DNA of 64,000 bases from Eukaryota sp. GEM-RC1 (lineage: Eukaryota), in NCBI GenBank assembly GCA_040285855.1, contig JAUFOQ010000010.1, forward strand, positions 1,178,001-1,242,000, read 5' to 3'. Of the stretch, positions 25,020 through 37,289 are shown piece by piece. Under the pieces are notes generated by a model. It saw only the letters and a program-made list of their open reading frames with translations, was not told the DNA's origin and searched no databases. Every line of letters starts with the position of its first letter. Position 1 is the first letter of the stretch. The translations under genes and the position numbers were made by a program.

Positions 25020-26228
25020 GGAAAAATGTCAAAAACACTCATGTCCCAAATCTATATTTCATAACCACTCAAATGAAATTTGATATTACAAAAACACTCA
25101 TGAACCTTTTCTGATATACATACTTCACAAACAATGACTTTACTTATCTCCCTTCATGATTCACTCCGTCAATCTCCAACATACTTGCTCGGGCTTGAGA
25201 ATCAATCACGAGTCCCTCACAGCATCAAAGATTGTTGCAATTACCCCAGTTGTAACAGCAATTCAGCATGATCTACAAACTACAGCAGCCACCATTAGGA
25301 CAGTTGTTGCATCAAATGGAGCTACGGTTAACTATCAGAATGCTTACCGAGCTCAGAAGAAGATTAAAAAGGACTTGTATGGAAGCTTTGAAGAAGCTTA
25401 TGATGAAATTCAAGCTTACGTTCGGGAACTGCGTGCGTGCTACAATGATCCTATCATTGATCTAGATGTTACAGATGGCAGATAAGATGGCAGATAAGAT
25501 GGCGTAAAACTATGATAAAAATGGGGGAAAGACTAGAAAAGGCAAAGAAAATGCCCTGTATTGTAAAACAAGTGGCAGATGATGTAAGATCTTTATTAGG
25601 TAATGCAACAGCATTTACCATTGTTCCTGCTCAGAACCAACAGTTTGAGGTTCAGGGAGCAGATTCTGCTATTGTTGATGAGATGACGAAGAGCTGTTCA
25701 TGTGGAAAGTGGCAAGAAGACAAAGTCCCGTGTGTACATGCTGTTGCTGTTGCTGTGTTCATGAGAAAACCTCTAGAAGAGTTGATTGGTGAGGAATATC
25801 ATCAATCAACTCTGTTAAAATGCTATGGTACTTTGTTACCTGCTATTAGAGCCAGAAACAGCTGGATGGCTACTGAAGATGAAGTGCAAGAGCAAGTCGC
25901 GCTTCCAGTAGAAAAACGAGGAAGATGAAGGCCACGTACAAGAAGACTTACCAGCATTGGTGAACCAGAGATGAAGAAAGGACGAGGAAAGTACGGATGC
26001 AGTATCTGCAAGAAGAAGGGACATACAATGAAGACATGTCCCAACAAGTAGTAGATGGCATATCGATAGATAGATGAGATAATAGTAATCAAAATATAGT
26101 AAAACAATGACTTGGTTCTATTGATATCAATATTATAGTGGTCTAATGAGTGTTTTTTGTAATATCAAATTCCATTTGAGTGGTTATGAAATATAGATTT
26201 GGGACATGAGTGTTTTTGAATTTTACCC
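25020..26228 (+). mobile_element. Internally deleted Mutator/MULE transposon
   Basis: About 80-bp TIRs (gg..caaaaacactcatgtcccaaatctatatttcataaccactcaaatg); exact 9-bp TSD ttttattaa at 25011-25019 and 26229-26237; SWIM finger CSCGKWQEDKVPCVHA and knuckle CSICKKKGHTMKTC; DDE core missing. Confidence 0.93.
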
Positions 26229-26241
26229 TTTTATTAATCTA

Positions 26242-26678
26242 CACTCTTCACAGCAATTAGTCTGAATCAGAGTAATTATGGATATTCATATTTAGTCTGA
26301 ATGAATATCCCAAACACAAAAACTATCTTGAGCATGAAATCATGTTATGTCTTCATAAATGTTATGTATTACATCAGGATCGTTGTTGGTACCTTAAATA
26401 GAAGTATAAGACCGAACCAATTCAGAAACAGGACTGATCGGCCATCAAATTGCCTCTTTAAAATTCATAAGTGACCGAAATGTCTTTCATGCAAGTGCCA
26501 ATAATGGATGACACGGGCTGTATAGGGCAATTCAACCAAAGTGTCTAGGAAGAAAAGTTAAAAAAAAAGATTTATAACACAGTTTTACTCAAAAATATTG
26601 GACACTCCTAAAGCGGTCAAACAATAATTAGTCTGATTCAGACTAATAAGTGATTCAGACTAATTGTTGTGAAGAGTG
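26242..26678. mobile_element. Tc1/mariner-type MITE
   Basis: TIR cactcttcacagcaattagtctgaatca / tgattcagactaattgttgtgaagagtg with TA on both sides. Confidence 0.85.
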
Positions 26679-27112
26679 TAGATTCATGTACATACTCTTT
26701 CCATTACTGCTGTGAATTTCATTCCAAATGCATAAAGGCATCACCCTTCGCAAAGTCTTTTAAGACGAGCTAACTTCATAGATTCAAGATTCCTGATCTT
26801 TATGGTTTACATGTGAGTCCTTGGGTACATCTGTCTTAGGCTTATTTGGACAAGTTGTTTTGTTATGTCCAGGTTGAGAACATATACGACACTATAATAA
26901 TATACAATCCTTCTTGAAAAATGTTTTTTTTGGCGTTGTTTCGGTCAGAAACGTAAGTTGATGAAAATTTTGTGAATCAAACAGTCTTTTGGCACTACGA
27001 ATAAATAAGAATTAGGAAATAATTGGTTAGAATCTGATCAACACAGCGTTGTAGACATCAATATATTCACACTTTTTAATTTATTGTTGCAAATAAACTC
27101 TTCTGTGTGAGT

Positions 27113-27272
27113 TTGTATGAAATAAAATGATGGTTTATATCTGGGACCTATCGATATTTATTTAATCAGATTCGAAGTTTCGTATGTTATGTGAAACAAA
27201 TCATGTTATGATATCACATTCTGTTTCAGCGCTTTTCATTTTGTACGAATATTCCTCAAGTTTCAATGGCAA
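27113..27272 (+). repeat. Diverged direct repeat of about 38270-38428
   Basis: Shared tgtatgaaa.aaaatgatggttta..gggacctat..tcgaagtttc..tgaaacaa.tcatg..ctgtttcagc..aatggcaa. Confidence 0.75.
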
Positions 27273-27305
27273 CTCGAGTTTTAGTTTGTATTGTTATGTA
27301 CCTGT

Positions 27306-27427
27306 TGTTAGCACAGCAAGTGTTAACACGTGTTCTAGTAGTGAACTGTAGCATTATTTTACTTAGATTATTCTCTCCCCTTATAAAGGTACCGTCCTTT
27401 TCACTTTCAGCCTTAAACAAGGCATCA
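27306..27427 (+). repeat. 5' LTR (122 bp)
   Basis: tgttagcac...ggcatca; identical by eye to 33382-33503. Confidence 0.97.
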
Positions 27428-27470
27428 ATAGCTATTGGCCGTACACTAAGGCCTATCTAACCTAATCTGT

Positions 27471-30400
27471 ATGTCAACCAGACCCCAATCTTCACTTCCA
27501 GCATCACACCTTCTTGCTGATCAGGTACGCTTCGTAGCACCGAAGCTGTCCTCCCTCTCCACGAATGCCGTCGCCCGCTTCGTCCAGGAAGTCTCTCACT
27601 TCCTCCAGGCCTCCGAGCCTGACCAATCCCAAAGTATTCCTTTGACAGAACCAACTGTGTTCCCTTCCGTCTCCGCCTCCATCCCTTCAGCCGCTGAACG
27701 CTTAGCTGAAGTCGAACAGATGATCCATGCCGCCTTAAAAGAATCTCACCTTGAAGGTTTTGACCCTGAAACCTTTGCCGCCTACTGGTCCGCCGCCAAG
27801 AAAGTCACAATCGCCGCCAACGACTCCCCTTCTCCTAAACCCTCTTCAGGAACCTCCATGCCCAGGTTTCTCCAAGATGATGCGGATGCTCTACAACGCC
27901 ACTTAAAGACCTCTAACTTATCTCACTCCTCTTCCTTCCCTCATCAACTTGATGACTGTAATGGCCCTTCGTTCTTCGATGACCCTCCTGTCCCTGAAGA
28001 CTTCCATCGCTTTATCCTCCCAAACATAATCAGCCTAATTCGTATTATGTGTCCAACCGCTCTTTCTAGCCAGGAAAACCTGTGGACTTACCTCCTATCC
28101 ACCATAGCCGCCAAAGACGCCTCAGAAGCCAGAAGATTGCTGAACTCACTCTCAATGAAAACGCCAGGCCGAGAACCACTTACATTCTACATCCTCGACC
28201 TCCAGAAAGCTGCCCAGAGATGCAAGAACTTCCTGAACATCTCCAGGCCGAAACCGCTAATGGAAAGTTTCATTCAAGGCTTCAAGCCCTACGCTTTAAA
28301 AGCAAATTGATGGATGAGTTCAAGATGAACATCATCCAGGATATCGATTCACTAATATCCAGAACGATCGCGCTCAACGAAACTATAACTCATGAAGAAA
28401 CGAACCCCAGACTCCGTAATGCTCAAAGAAGAAGTGATTTTAACTCTAACCCCATCTTTAGAACCAGAACTCCATATCCAAATTCCAACCTCCGAAACAA
28501 AGAACCAGCCGGCGAAAAGAAAAGCTGCTCTTTCTGTAAGAAAGACGGCCACGTTATCGAAGATTGCTTCGATAAGTCGTGTAAGAAGTCGAAACATTAT
28601 GATCCATCAGCTCCGCAAACGAAGAAGCCGTACTCAAATCCAAGGCTTCCAAGACCAACATTTGGAAACGCTAAAAGATCAACTAGAAGCTCTAAAAACA
28701 ATTTTGTCGCTTCCAGAGAGCAATGCTCTGAAAGTCCTTACTCTACCACTATCTCAGATGACGAACCCATAGAGTTCGAGCTAGAACTCCCAAAATTTCT
28801 ATCAAACACCTTCCTTTTGACAAATCCAAGAACGTCAACGCCCAAAGCCTCTGCCGAAACAATGGATGATCCTCTCCCAGTGAGTGTTCCGCTGGAATTA
28901 AGCTCTTCCGTAAAGGAATTGAGCCCAATAACAGGATCGGGTTTCGACCCTTTTCTACCAGTGCGAGATACGCCACAATGGGATGGTGACTCCAAAGTTA
29001 ACGCAGTGGTCAAAGCCGAAGCCAAGTCGAATCAAGGACCTTCCAAGTTACTATCTCTCAAAGTCCTTATAAATAACTCTCCTTTCGAAGCACTGATCGA
29101 CAGCGCTTGTGAAACCTCTTGCTTCTCAGAGGACATCGCGAAAAAAGCCGGATGCTCAATTGCCGCCAGCAGATTCAAGTTCACACTAGCAAATGGTACC
29201 AACATCCAATCCCCTGGAACCGCTAATTGCATACTGAGCTTTGAATTTGATCGTATCCTCTCTCCTTTGGTACACCTGAAATGCCAGATCCCAATTATAC
29301 CAGGAGTAAACCAATTCCTAATTGGATGTGACTTGCTGTCAAGCCTCGGGCTACTAAAGAAAACTCCCTGATGATCAACTTGAACAAAGAACATTCAAAG
29401 ATCACAGGAGCCGAAGCCACCCTGGACCACCTAAGGGTCGACACACCTAGGAAAGGCCTCGTCGCTGCAACGTCCACAACTTTAGACGTATCAGAAAGTA
29501 GAATCGAGCTTCCCAAAGAAACCGAAGAGAAATTGCTGAAAATTCTAAACAAACACAAAGACGTGTTCGGAAAACCCCATCCTGATGGCATAAAATGTAA
29601 GCCAATGACTATCCCGTTTTACAACGAGGGCACAACCTGCAAGAAAGCCCCCAGAAACCTAAATCCTACTAAATTGAGGATCGCCAACGAGATCTTTGAT
29701 GACCTCATCGAAGACGGATTCGCCGAAGAAACCTCAACTGAGTCCAAATTTAGCTCTCCAATCGTCTTGGTAATCTATCCTGACGGTAAGAAACCCAGAT
29801 TAACAGGGAGACTACTCAGGAACTGGAGGCGTGAACGCTTCCACCAAGTCAATTGAAGCCCACCTACCAAAGATATCAGACGTATCTATCTTCCTCTCAA
29901 ATGCCAACTTCATTTGCACACTAGACCTTCCGAAAGCATTTTGGCAAGTCCCGCTAGACCGAGCTGATTACCAGAAAACTACACTAAGCATCCCAGGCCG
30001 TTCAATATTCTTCAAAAGAGCCGCCTTCGGACTAAAGAACGTCCCTGCGTTCTTCCAGAACTTGATGCAAGACATCTTCTCCATGCCTAATGTCTTTATT
30101 TACATGGACGATGTAATCATCGCTGCTTGCACAGAAGAAGAACTGCTTTCCACGTTAAATGCCATACTAACGAAAGCAGCAGAACATAGAGTCCGCTTCG
30201 CCCTCCGAAAATGTGCATTCCTGACCTCAGAAAGCGCCATAAAGATCCTTGGAGCAATTTTCCATAAAAAGAAAAGATCTATAGACCCAGACAGAGTCAA
30301 ATGCATCATCAAGCTGCCTATTCCCTCAACGATAGGCGAGCTGCGCTCCTTTAACGGCTCAATTAACTATATCCGAGACTGGATACCTCACCTGTCGAAC

Positions 30401-33331
30401 TGCCTTCAACCTTTAACGGCCCTAACTAAAAAAGACGAGTCAGATCGCCGATCAGTTAAATCCAAATGGACAAGCTCGCACACGAACTGCTTCCCTAACC
30501 ATCAAGAATCTAATTTGTAACGCCTGCAATCTAGCTCTCCCCGACGCAGACGCAAAAATTGTAATCTCAACAGACGCCTCTGATAAAGCTATTAGCGGAG
30601 TAGTTTGGAAGAAGCTTGACAAGACCCCTACGACCTCTCCGCTAGAAGAACAAAAATTAGAACCAATCAGTTTTTTCTCGAAGACCTTGACGGATAGCCA
30701 AATGAACTGGCCAATAATCCAGAAGGAACTCTTCGCGATAATTTGCACCCTGAACCAGCCCATCATGGCCAACTTCTTGATGACTCGGCAGCTAACGATT
30801 TTCTGCGACCACAAGAACATCGTCTACCTGATTAACCAGCCAGAACGAAATCGGATCGTAACCCGCTGGATTCCCTTTCTATCTAACTTCTCCTTCCAAA
30901 TCATCCACGTCGAAGGTCCAAACAACGTATTCGCCGACCTCCTTTCACGTCTCACGCCCGCTAACCCCAGTTTAGAATCAGAATTACCTGAAACCTCAAC
31001 ATGCTTTAGCTTATTTTCAGTAGAACTCTACGACACTGAATACTACTTTGACGAAACCCCAACAAAAACCGAATGCCCCAAGTGTGGAGAACGCATGCCC
31101 TACTTAACCATGCCCGACCACATACCCTGTGAAGGCCCATACTTCGCATGCAGAAACTGCCTCAACAAACTAGAACCCCATGAAGTCTATAACGATGATG
31201 AACGCAGAGCCCTGCTTCACTTGTACCCGAAAGAAGACACGCCTATCAAAGACTACTGCGGCATCTTCCAGCTAGACAAAGCAGGTCCTCGGAAATACAT
31301 TGAACGCAGAGACGACCATATCAAGGAATTATGCTTCCGCTTCGTAAAGCACAAAGGTCTCATCAGAAGCCTAGAAAAGAAGAACTCTTCACTAAGGAAA
31401 CTAGTAGAACCTCCTGCCAAAATCAAAATAATTGAACCAGAATCGAAAATTCCATGTGCCCACTGCAATCACGGAACCACCGACTTGGAACTATGTGCCA
31501 GCCACCACCAAGTAACAACATATCAAGAACGACTGGTCTGCCACAGCTGCAAGAAATATACAACCGATCAGTTGCTGACAGAAGCCAAAGAAAAACTAAA
31601 GAAAAGAAAAACTAAAAACTCCCACGAGAAGCTCCTATCTTACGATGGCACAGGCCCCCTCGTATGCTATTCTTCCACAGATGAATCCCCTTATGATTCA
31701 AAAGAATCAGAAAACTCCGACTCTGATACCCCTTTACCCAAAAATGCTTCGCACTTCGCTGGTTTGGTCAGCCTCCTAAGAAACCAATCAGAATCATTCC
31801 AGAATGGCTCAAAGAAGAAATAGAGAAAGCCCGCAAAGAAAAAGAAGTCATCGACATAAGCTCTGATGAATATGAAGAAGACCCCTTACCTTCAATCACC
31901 TACTCAGTAAGAACAGTCGAAACTCAAGACACAACCTGGCTTGACACCCTGCGCACCCAACAGCAACTAGAACTAAAAGACTCCAGTGACAGATGCTCCT
32001 GGGACGCCGAAGCTCAAATGTTTGTCACCCCTGATAACAAAATCCTCGTTCCTGAATCTCTAAGAAAAGAGGTAATGTGGAACTTTCACGGATATGCTCA
32101 CTGTGGTCACCCTGCCTTGTGGCAATGTCTCAAAGACATAAAAAACAGCTGCTACTCTTGGCCAACATTAGAAACTGATTTAAAAAATCACATCGACTGT
32201 TGCCACTCATGTCAGAAGACAGCCCCAGCCCCCAAGACGAAAACCCAATCAACCGGATCCCTGTTTGCAATGAAACCGTTCGGCAATATCCACGCCGACA
32301 CTATAGGACCCTGGCCCACAGACAACCTTGGAAACAGGTACGTGCTAGTATTCGTAGACGCCTTTACGAGATACACCATCTTATGTCCCTCAGACAAAAT
32401 CTCCGCTACAAACTCAGCATACTGTCTTATCAACTCGGTATGCGCCAACTTCGGCATACCCGACATGATCCACTCAGATAACGGACCCGAGTTTTGTAAC
32501 GCCACCTTTAAAGCATTATGTGCCTTCCTGAACATAACTAACTCCTTCTCGCTCCCTCACCACCATCAAAGTAATGGCCTGGTTGAGCGAAGAAATCGTG
32601 AAATCAACCAAACACTGGAGAGATTTCTCCTAGACCTGAACGACTTCCAAAACTGGTCGACCCATCTTCCTATGGTGCAGTTGATGATCAACAACCAGCG
32701 CCACTCTGTAACCCGATGCACCCCATGGGAACTGATGTTTGGATCGCCAATCGATCCTAGAAAACCCGCTTCTGACCTGCTAGACCAACTAACCGCCAAG
32801 CCACTTAGAGAAACAGGCAACGTGTTTGTCGATGCCCTCTCTGCAAGAACCACCTACTTGAAAGGAAAGTGGGAAGAAGCAGCCAGAAACCAGCAAAGCC
32901 ATCTGGACAAACTTAGACCTAACTCAAAACCGGTCAAGAACCCCTTTGTCATTGGTGACCTCGTGCTTCGAAAGAACGACCAACCTCAGCGCCTGCATGG
33001 CTCATGGTTAGGCCCTGTTCAAGTGCTGGAAAGCTCTCCCGACTCCACGAAAGTTAAAATTCTAAACTTCGTCACAGGCAACGAACTCACAACCTCCAGC
33101 TTGCTCCTTCGCCTATTCATGGCCCACTCATCCAACAAGGAGTACCTGACCGCCATCGCCGCTATGGACCAACAAGAGTCTATACTTGTGAAGGTGCCTG
33201 ACATCGATCACAGATCTAACAGAGTCCATGTAGAATGGATAGACGGCTCTACATCTATGGAACCTCTCGATGAAATCCGCAAGACCACCGCATGGTCCAA
33301 GGCCAAGCACCTCCACGATGATCCCCTTTGA
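27471..33331 (+). CDS. Gag-Pol polyprotein, probably one ORF broken by about five single-base indels
   Basis: Knuckle CSFCKKDGHVIEDC, protease LIDSAC, RT LDLPKAFWQ and YMDD, RH TDASD..KELFA..CDHKN..ADLLSR, IN HHCC and HADT..SDNGPEF..NGLVER, WLGPV, chromo-like VHVEWIDGSTSMEPL. Confidence 0.9.
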
Positions 33332-33366
33332 AAACACTCGCTGCCCTTAAAGCCATGAGAGGCTTC

Positions 33367-33378
33367 AAGGAAGAAGAG
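33367..33378 (+). other. Polypurine tract
   Basis: aaggaagaagag, 3 nt before the 3' LTR. Confidence 0.85.
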
Positions 33379-33381
33379 CAT

Positions 33382-33503
33382 TGTTAGCACAGCAAGTGTT
33401 AACACGTGTTCTAGTAGTGAACTGTAGCATTATTTTACTTAGATTATTCTCTCCCCTTATAAAGGTACCGTCCTTTTCACTTTCAGCCTTAAACAAGGCA
33501 TCA
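33382..33503 (+). repeat. 3' LTR (122 bp)
   Basis: Identical to 27306-27427. Confidence 0.97.
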
Positions 33504-33691
33504 CTGTCAAAAACATTGATGACTCTTTACTCAATACTCAATACATTAAATCATAGCTACAAGATGTAAATGCAACAAAGGACCGCAGAACTCTGATTGA
33601 AAGTTTATTCAATGTTTCAATTTGGTACTGGTTAACCTGTGATACTGGGTTTTGACTCAATCAGAGAGTATAACTAACCGATTAAGTTGAT

Positions 33692-35056
33692 CTAAATGTC
33701 TAGTTTAACAACGCCAAAGAATTTTGATGTCTCTGCTAGAAGTCTAGCACCTTCATCTCCAATGGGATTATAATTCAGATTAACAGTTGTAATTGTGGAA
33801 TTGACCTTCAACACATCTGCTAAAATTCTAGCACCTTCATCTCCAATAGAGTTGTTCTCCAGCACAAGACTTTCCAATGTACTATTAACTTTTAACGCTT
33901 CTGCCAAAGCTCGAACACCTTCATCTCCAATAGATGTTCTCCTAATGTCGAGACTTTCCAATGTACTATTAACTTTTAACGCTTCTGCCAAAGCTCGAAC
34001 ACCTTCATCTCCAATGGAGTTTCTTCTCAGATCGATACTCGTAACTGAAGTATTAACTTTTAACGCATCTGCCAAAGCTCTAGCACCATCATCTCCAATA
34101 GAGTTGTAGCTCAGATTAACAATTGTAACTACATTATTATCTATTAACACCTGTGCCAAAGCTCTAGTACCATCATCCCCAATAGAGTTGTAACTCAGAC
34201 AAATATTTTTAACTGCCGTATTAACTTTCAACGCCTCTTCCAAAGCTCTAGCACCTTCAAGTCCAATAGAGTTGCTCGCCAGGTTAACAATTGTAACTGT
34301 AGTATTGACTTTTAATGCATCTGCTAAAGTTCGAGCACCTTCATCCCCAATATGGTTGGAGTCCAGATCAATACTGGTAATTGTAACATTAAATTTCAAT
34401 AATTCGATAAATGCCATACAAAGACAACGCTGCACAAACACATGAAGCTGTTTAAGACGTGGAAAAAACAAGGAAGACTTGTTCAGAAACTCCAAGTCAT
34501 TGTCATTCTTTAATTCCAATTCCAATCCTGAAATTACATTAGAATAATTGACAAATTTTTCAACATCAAAGATCCCATGTACATGCAAAAAAACAGACCG
34601 TAACTCTGCTCCGAAGAAAGAAGAAAATGAACAGAGTTGAGGAAGGCCCTTTGGAACGACATGAAACGTGTTTGTTTGGAAAAACACTTTCGTTGCTAGT
34701 AAAGAGGATTCAAAGAAGTGATGGCTTACATAGCCAAGTTTTTTGAAGAATTTGGAAAGATCTCTCTTTAAGTTAAGGAGAGCACGACAAGGATCGTCAC
34801 GATCATAATGAGAAGAATGTTCTAACAAATGATTGAGGAAATGGAGGTGGATCAAAACTAGAAGAGACTGTTGTAAGCGTAAGATACTGGGAGGAGAATG
34901 AGAGGACGGTGGAGCGGTCGATGTATCAGACCTAAGATTCGAAGAGGAGATACTAGAAGAGGATCCGTCACAATCAACACTGTCAAGAATTGAAACGGTT
35001 TGATCTAATGAAAGACTACGATTCAAGAGACGTTCAGATGAGTTATGAAATGACAT
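33692..35056 (-). CDS. LRR family A protein (Ser-rich leader, 8 LRRs)
   Basis: 454-aa ORF with family core and 28-aa LRRs. Confidence 0.9.
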   Translation of the reverse strand: MSFHNSSERLLNRSLSLDQTVSILDSVDCDGSSSSISSSNLRSDTSTAPPSSHSPPSILRLQQSLLVLIHLHFLNHLLEHSSHYDRDDPCRALLNLKRDLSKFFKKLGYVSHHFFESSLLATKVFFQTNTFHVVPKGLPQLCSFSSFFGAELRSVFLHVHGIFDVEKFVNYSNVISGLELELKNDNDLEFLNKSSLFFPRLKQLHVFVQRCLCMAFIELLKFNVTITSIDLDSNHIGDEGARTLADALKVNTTVTIVNLASNSIGLEGARALEEALKVNTAVKNICLSYNSIGDDGTRALAQVLIDNNVVTIVNLSYNSIGDDGARALADALKVNTSVTSIDLRRNSIGDEGVRALAEALKVNSTLESLDIRRTSIGDEGVRALAEALKVNSTLESLVLENNSIGDEGARILADVLKVNSTITTVNLNYNPIGDEGARLLAETSKFFGVVKLDI

Positions 35057-35366
35057 GTTTTGTTGGCAAAGATTCTATATGTAGTTTGGGTCACTTCCAG
35101 ATTTCACAAACCATGATGTTCTAACGTTACGTGTTGGAATTCTGGTGCCTCGTGGTGTTTTTTGTTGGAGTAATTCAGTGATGATATCAATCGCTTCTTC
35201 TTTCTCCATGTTTATCGCTTAAACTTCAAATGCAAAGTACTCCACTGATATTGGTCTCCATTCAGTCTATTCCTTGTTGTTGGCTGTAGTAACCGCGCAA
35301 CTAGAGTTGTGTCTCTTTAAATCCCACCCTCACTCAATCTACATTTACCTGGTACTCTGTTCTCAA

Positions 35367-35528
35367 GTCAGCTTACAAGGGAACTTGCATCTTCATTCTC
35401 AAGGCTCATTCTACTTCCGTTACGTCTGTTTGTTCCTGATCTTGAGTAGAAGGTGTTAACACTGAAGTATAGAGTAAGTTTTATTACTAATTTCATTTCA
35501 TTTGGTGGCGAAAGCAATTTTCATCACT
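35367..35528 (-). repeat. Upstream segment homologous (inverted) to 48770-48910
   Basis: Shared caccttctactc, gtaacgg.agtagaatg and aagttcccttgtaagctgac; both lie about 310 bp upstream of an LRR start codon. Confidence 0.8.
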
Positions 35529-35691
35529 GTGAAGTTTCTTTAATTTATATTAGGGTCATGAACTTATACATCCCTCTCAGTGAACTTCTCTACCCCTTTC
35601 GTACATCATTAAAACACCTACACCCCTTATCTTTGGGTCTACAAACGCTATCATTCATCAACGTAACCTTTCTTTATTTCATATACTAAAA

Positions 35692-36690
35692 TCAAAACCC
35701 TGCTCTAACATCTCTAACATACATCAACTTCATTGTCAATGTTTTCATCACCTGAAGAATCAGTCCAATCAGTGTCACTCCACTCACTAGTGGATCATCT
35801 AGTGCCATCATCATTCCACAAGCTATCGTTCCACTGGTGGTATAGTAATTCAGGAACTTCATTATTAGGAACTTCCTCTGCTTTTCTTGGACGCTTACCT
35901 TTTGACCTTCTCTGAATCGTCTTTTCTGAGGTCTACCTCTTGGTACAGAGACTTTTGGCGGTTCCAAACAATTGACGGTTCTGTATCCGTAAGACTCAAC
36001 TCTTGTTTCAAATTGACTGAAACTATTCCCATTAGATAGGTTCTAAGGTAGTTATCGCTGAAATAGAAAGCTTCACCTCCATCAACAATGTTCTTCTTCA
36101 TAGCTAATATGGCTGCAACAGCATGTTCACAAGGATAACCAGTTTCTTGCCATCTTTTACACGTACACACTCTTTGTGAAACATTGACCATGAAGGTCTC
36201 CAAAGTGGAGTCTTCTTTTACAACCACTTCTACCGTTACATCACGAGTCACTTTGTTAGTACTCAGTGATCTTGCCTTTAAGGCAGAAGCTTTAACCAAA
36301 GACCAGAGCCTTGAAACTACTGCTGTTTCAAAGCTTTCGGCATCTGCAAGTCGGGTTTCATACCAACTAGTTAATTTATCACATATAGAATTGATCATGC
36401 GCACTATTGGCAATCCTCTTGTTCCAAGAAGCCATGCATTTAGACTTTCAATTAAGTTTGAGGTCAACCGTAACGCATACCCCGTACACCTTTGAGGACT
36501 TTCCACGAATTTCCTCCATCACACTGTCAAACTCTCTTACTAAATCTCTTTTAAATTGCTCTTGCTGCGTTCCAAATTAGTTTACTATATTTTGCACCCA
36601 TATTTTTGCATAAGTGACGTACACAGTATGCATGGAAGCTTGCTGGATAGACTTGCAAAAGTCACTTTTCTCTATCTGACACAAAAGTCA
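35692..36690 (-). pseudogene. MULE transposase remnant
   Basis: TSNLIESLNAWL, SWIM CTCKRWQETGYPCEHAVAA, PRGRPQKRR; frameshifted; TIRs not found. Confidence 0.8.
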
Positions 36691-36694
36691 AAAT

Positions 36695-37260
36695 TGTTGC
36701 CAGAAGGCACTTGGAAACAAGGAGTGACAAGAATGTTTATTTTTTAGATACACGTCTGATAACACTAAAGACACGTCACTATACGTAGAAACACTACTTT
36801 TTCTTCTTTTGAAGAGCAGTACGAGGAGGAAGCTTTACCTTGTGAGTCTTAACGTAGAGTTTGCGCTTTTGTTGTCGCGCACATGAGCCAAAGGTTCCCA
36901 TTCTTCTACACCATGAGCAAATCTAACTAGAAACCAAAGGTCGTCTCCTGTTCAAGAATGTGCGAGAATGTCGTCCACGACAAACTCTTCTAGGTCAGTT
37001 GCAGCTAAAGATTGGAGGCGAGAAGAGGGATAGTGTCCTGAGATATGGACAGGGATAAGTTGATATGACGAGACAGTTAAAACTTGATCCATAACGAGAT
37101 GTCTCATCTTGTAGCCTGAAGATCCTACCTTTTCTTCGATGAAAAATGGTCCTCCGCAACCATGGAGTTTTGATTTCTTAGGAAACGTTCTAAAAACCAA
37201 GTCACCAATTTCGAACTTCCTGAATTCCTGTTTCTTAGCAGCGTCTAACTCTTTCTTGTT
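36695..37260 (-). mobile_element. 3' end of a gypsy chromovirus (integrase tail, chromodomain, PPT, ~99-bp LTR at 36695-36793)
   Basis: KLHG..GPF; EEFVVDDILAHS*..WFLVRF..EEWEPLAHV; minus-strand gaagaaaaagtag followed by tgttt...gcaaca. Confidence 0.75.
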
Positions 37261-37289
37261 CTGACTATGCAGCGCAGCTTCATTGACAT

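Larger units (their letters stand above)
27306..33503 (+). mobile_element. Full-length young Ty3/gypsy LTR retrotransposon (chromovirus-like)
   Basis: Identical 122-bp TG..CA LTRs; 4-bp TSD ctgt at 27302-27305 and 33504-33507; domain order gag-PR-RT-RH-IN-chromo; PPT before the 3' LTR. Confidence 0.97.

Noticed and set aside
28295..28310. Programmed -1 frameshift at T TTA AAA in gag
   Set aside because: It fits a slippery heptamer but lies before the Gag zinc knuckle, and four other homopolymer indels occur in the same ORF; error is more likely, though not excluded.
27471..33331. Diversity-generating retroelement driving LRR variation
   Set aside because: The RT is an ordinary gypsy RT inside LTRs; no template repeat was found and window differences are not adenine-specific.
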